A DNA stretch of 64,000 nucleotides from Mobula hypostoma (lineage: Eukaryota). Made by a program: the position numbers and the translations under genes. The first letter of the stretch is position 1. Each line of letters opens with the position of its first letter. Shown here one piece after another: positions 62,941 to 64,000 of the stretch. The notes under the pieces were generated by a model that searched no databases, was not told the DNA's origin, and saw only the letters and a list, made by a program, of their open reading frames with translations. The DNA is taken from positions 43,650,001 to 43,714,000 of the forward strand of contig NC_086108.1 of assembly GCF_963921235.1 (NCBI RefSeq). The letters run 5' to 3'.

Positions 62941-64000
62941 TAAATAAAGTAAAGCAAAAACAAATCTCTTGAAAGCTTTGTAAAATGAATTTTGATAAAC
63001 CCGGTACTTCTTGAAAATTAAAAATATGCAATTCTGTGACTCTTCATGACCTCTAAGAACTTTAAGTATTTTACTTCCAAAAATACTTTTGATATATAAT
63101 GTTGTAATTGTTGAAGGCAATTTGCATTCAACAAGGGCTCTCAAAGAACATAAGAGGCATTAAGGTTCTTTGATAATTAAAGAAAAATATTAGCATTGTT
63201 CTTTTAAATACTGTCTTTAGCTGTTTATATCCTCTTAAAAGAGGTTGTGGTATTGTTTTAATGTCCAAGTTTGAGGTGATTCTTTAGTATTAGACTGGGT
63301 TGGCTTGAGCCTAAAATCATCTGAGTAAAAATATGAAAAGCTGAGTAGAAGTGATAACCAAAATCAACGAAAACCTTTCTGCTTTAAAAGGAGTGATTTT
63401 CAAGGCCTTTGGACAACTAAAATATCTTGTATCAGTAAGGAACTTTTAAACCGTAGTTGCTGTTGCAACCCGATTAGCCCTTGTTGACTGCTTCCACCTG
63501 AACTCTTTTGGATTTGACATTCATTACTTGAGAATTCTGTTCTCATTCATTTAATATTAATATTGTGTGATAAACAAACCATCTGATAATCAAATTACCA
63601 GTTAAGATGGTCCCTCACAAAGCCTGTGGGAGCTTATTCCTTTCCTGTTATTTCACTTGTCCACAAAATGCTTGGTGGCTATGAGAAGTTAGGAGAATTA
63701 CCGTTGATTCCTAGTTATGGAGGATAATGGAGGGGAATGCCTCCATGAATAAGACAAAATCACTACTTATTTTTAACTAATAGACATATATATACTTAAA
63801 TATGTATATTAAGTTTTTTCACTATTTAGTTAACATGTATTTGATTGTGCTGCTGCTGTAAAGTTAACAAATCTCACAACATATGCCAGTGATATTAAAT
63901 CTTATACTGAAATAGTTTCGAATTAAATGATACAGCTGTTTCTTAACATGGGTAGCTGTGGAAGGAAGAGGATGTTATAGAATTGGCAACATACATCAAA

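Noticed and set aside
49519..64000. SLC30A7 exon 3 (expected LGLISDSFHMFFD)
   Set aside because: Not found by eye; probably beyond the window end

Overview
Repeat-dense vertebrate genomic DNA. The repeat families (CR1/HER1-like and Rex1/Babar-like LINEs, V-type SINEs, Penelope-derived hairpins) suggest a cartilaginous fish, probably a ray. Two host genes lie head-to-head: a complete EXTL2 CDS on the minus strand (4 coding exons, 34397-40266, 326 aa by my exon assembly) and the first two coding exons of SLC30A7/ZnT7 on the plus strand (49156-49518). The rest is mostly nested transposable elements: two Gmr1-like Gypsy LTR elements (integrase before RT, SCAN-like Gag), a degenerate K02A2.6-like Gypsy, Tc1 and Tigger DNA transposons, LINE fragments and SINEs. 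Two observations stand out. (1) A nearly full-length, uninterrupted LINE-1 ORF2 is inserted with a perfect 17-bp TSD in frame behind a Gypsy protease, giving a chimeric 1293-codon ORF. (2) A family of short (~90-220 bp) TSD-flanked, often palindromic Penelope-type retroelements is built around a minimal hammerhead ribozyme; one copy (40781-40818, minus) has an intact catalytic core just upstream of the EXTL2 start codon. All calls are by eye; no database searches were run and repeat boundaries are approximate unless a TSD or TIR is quoted.
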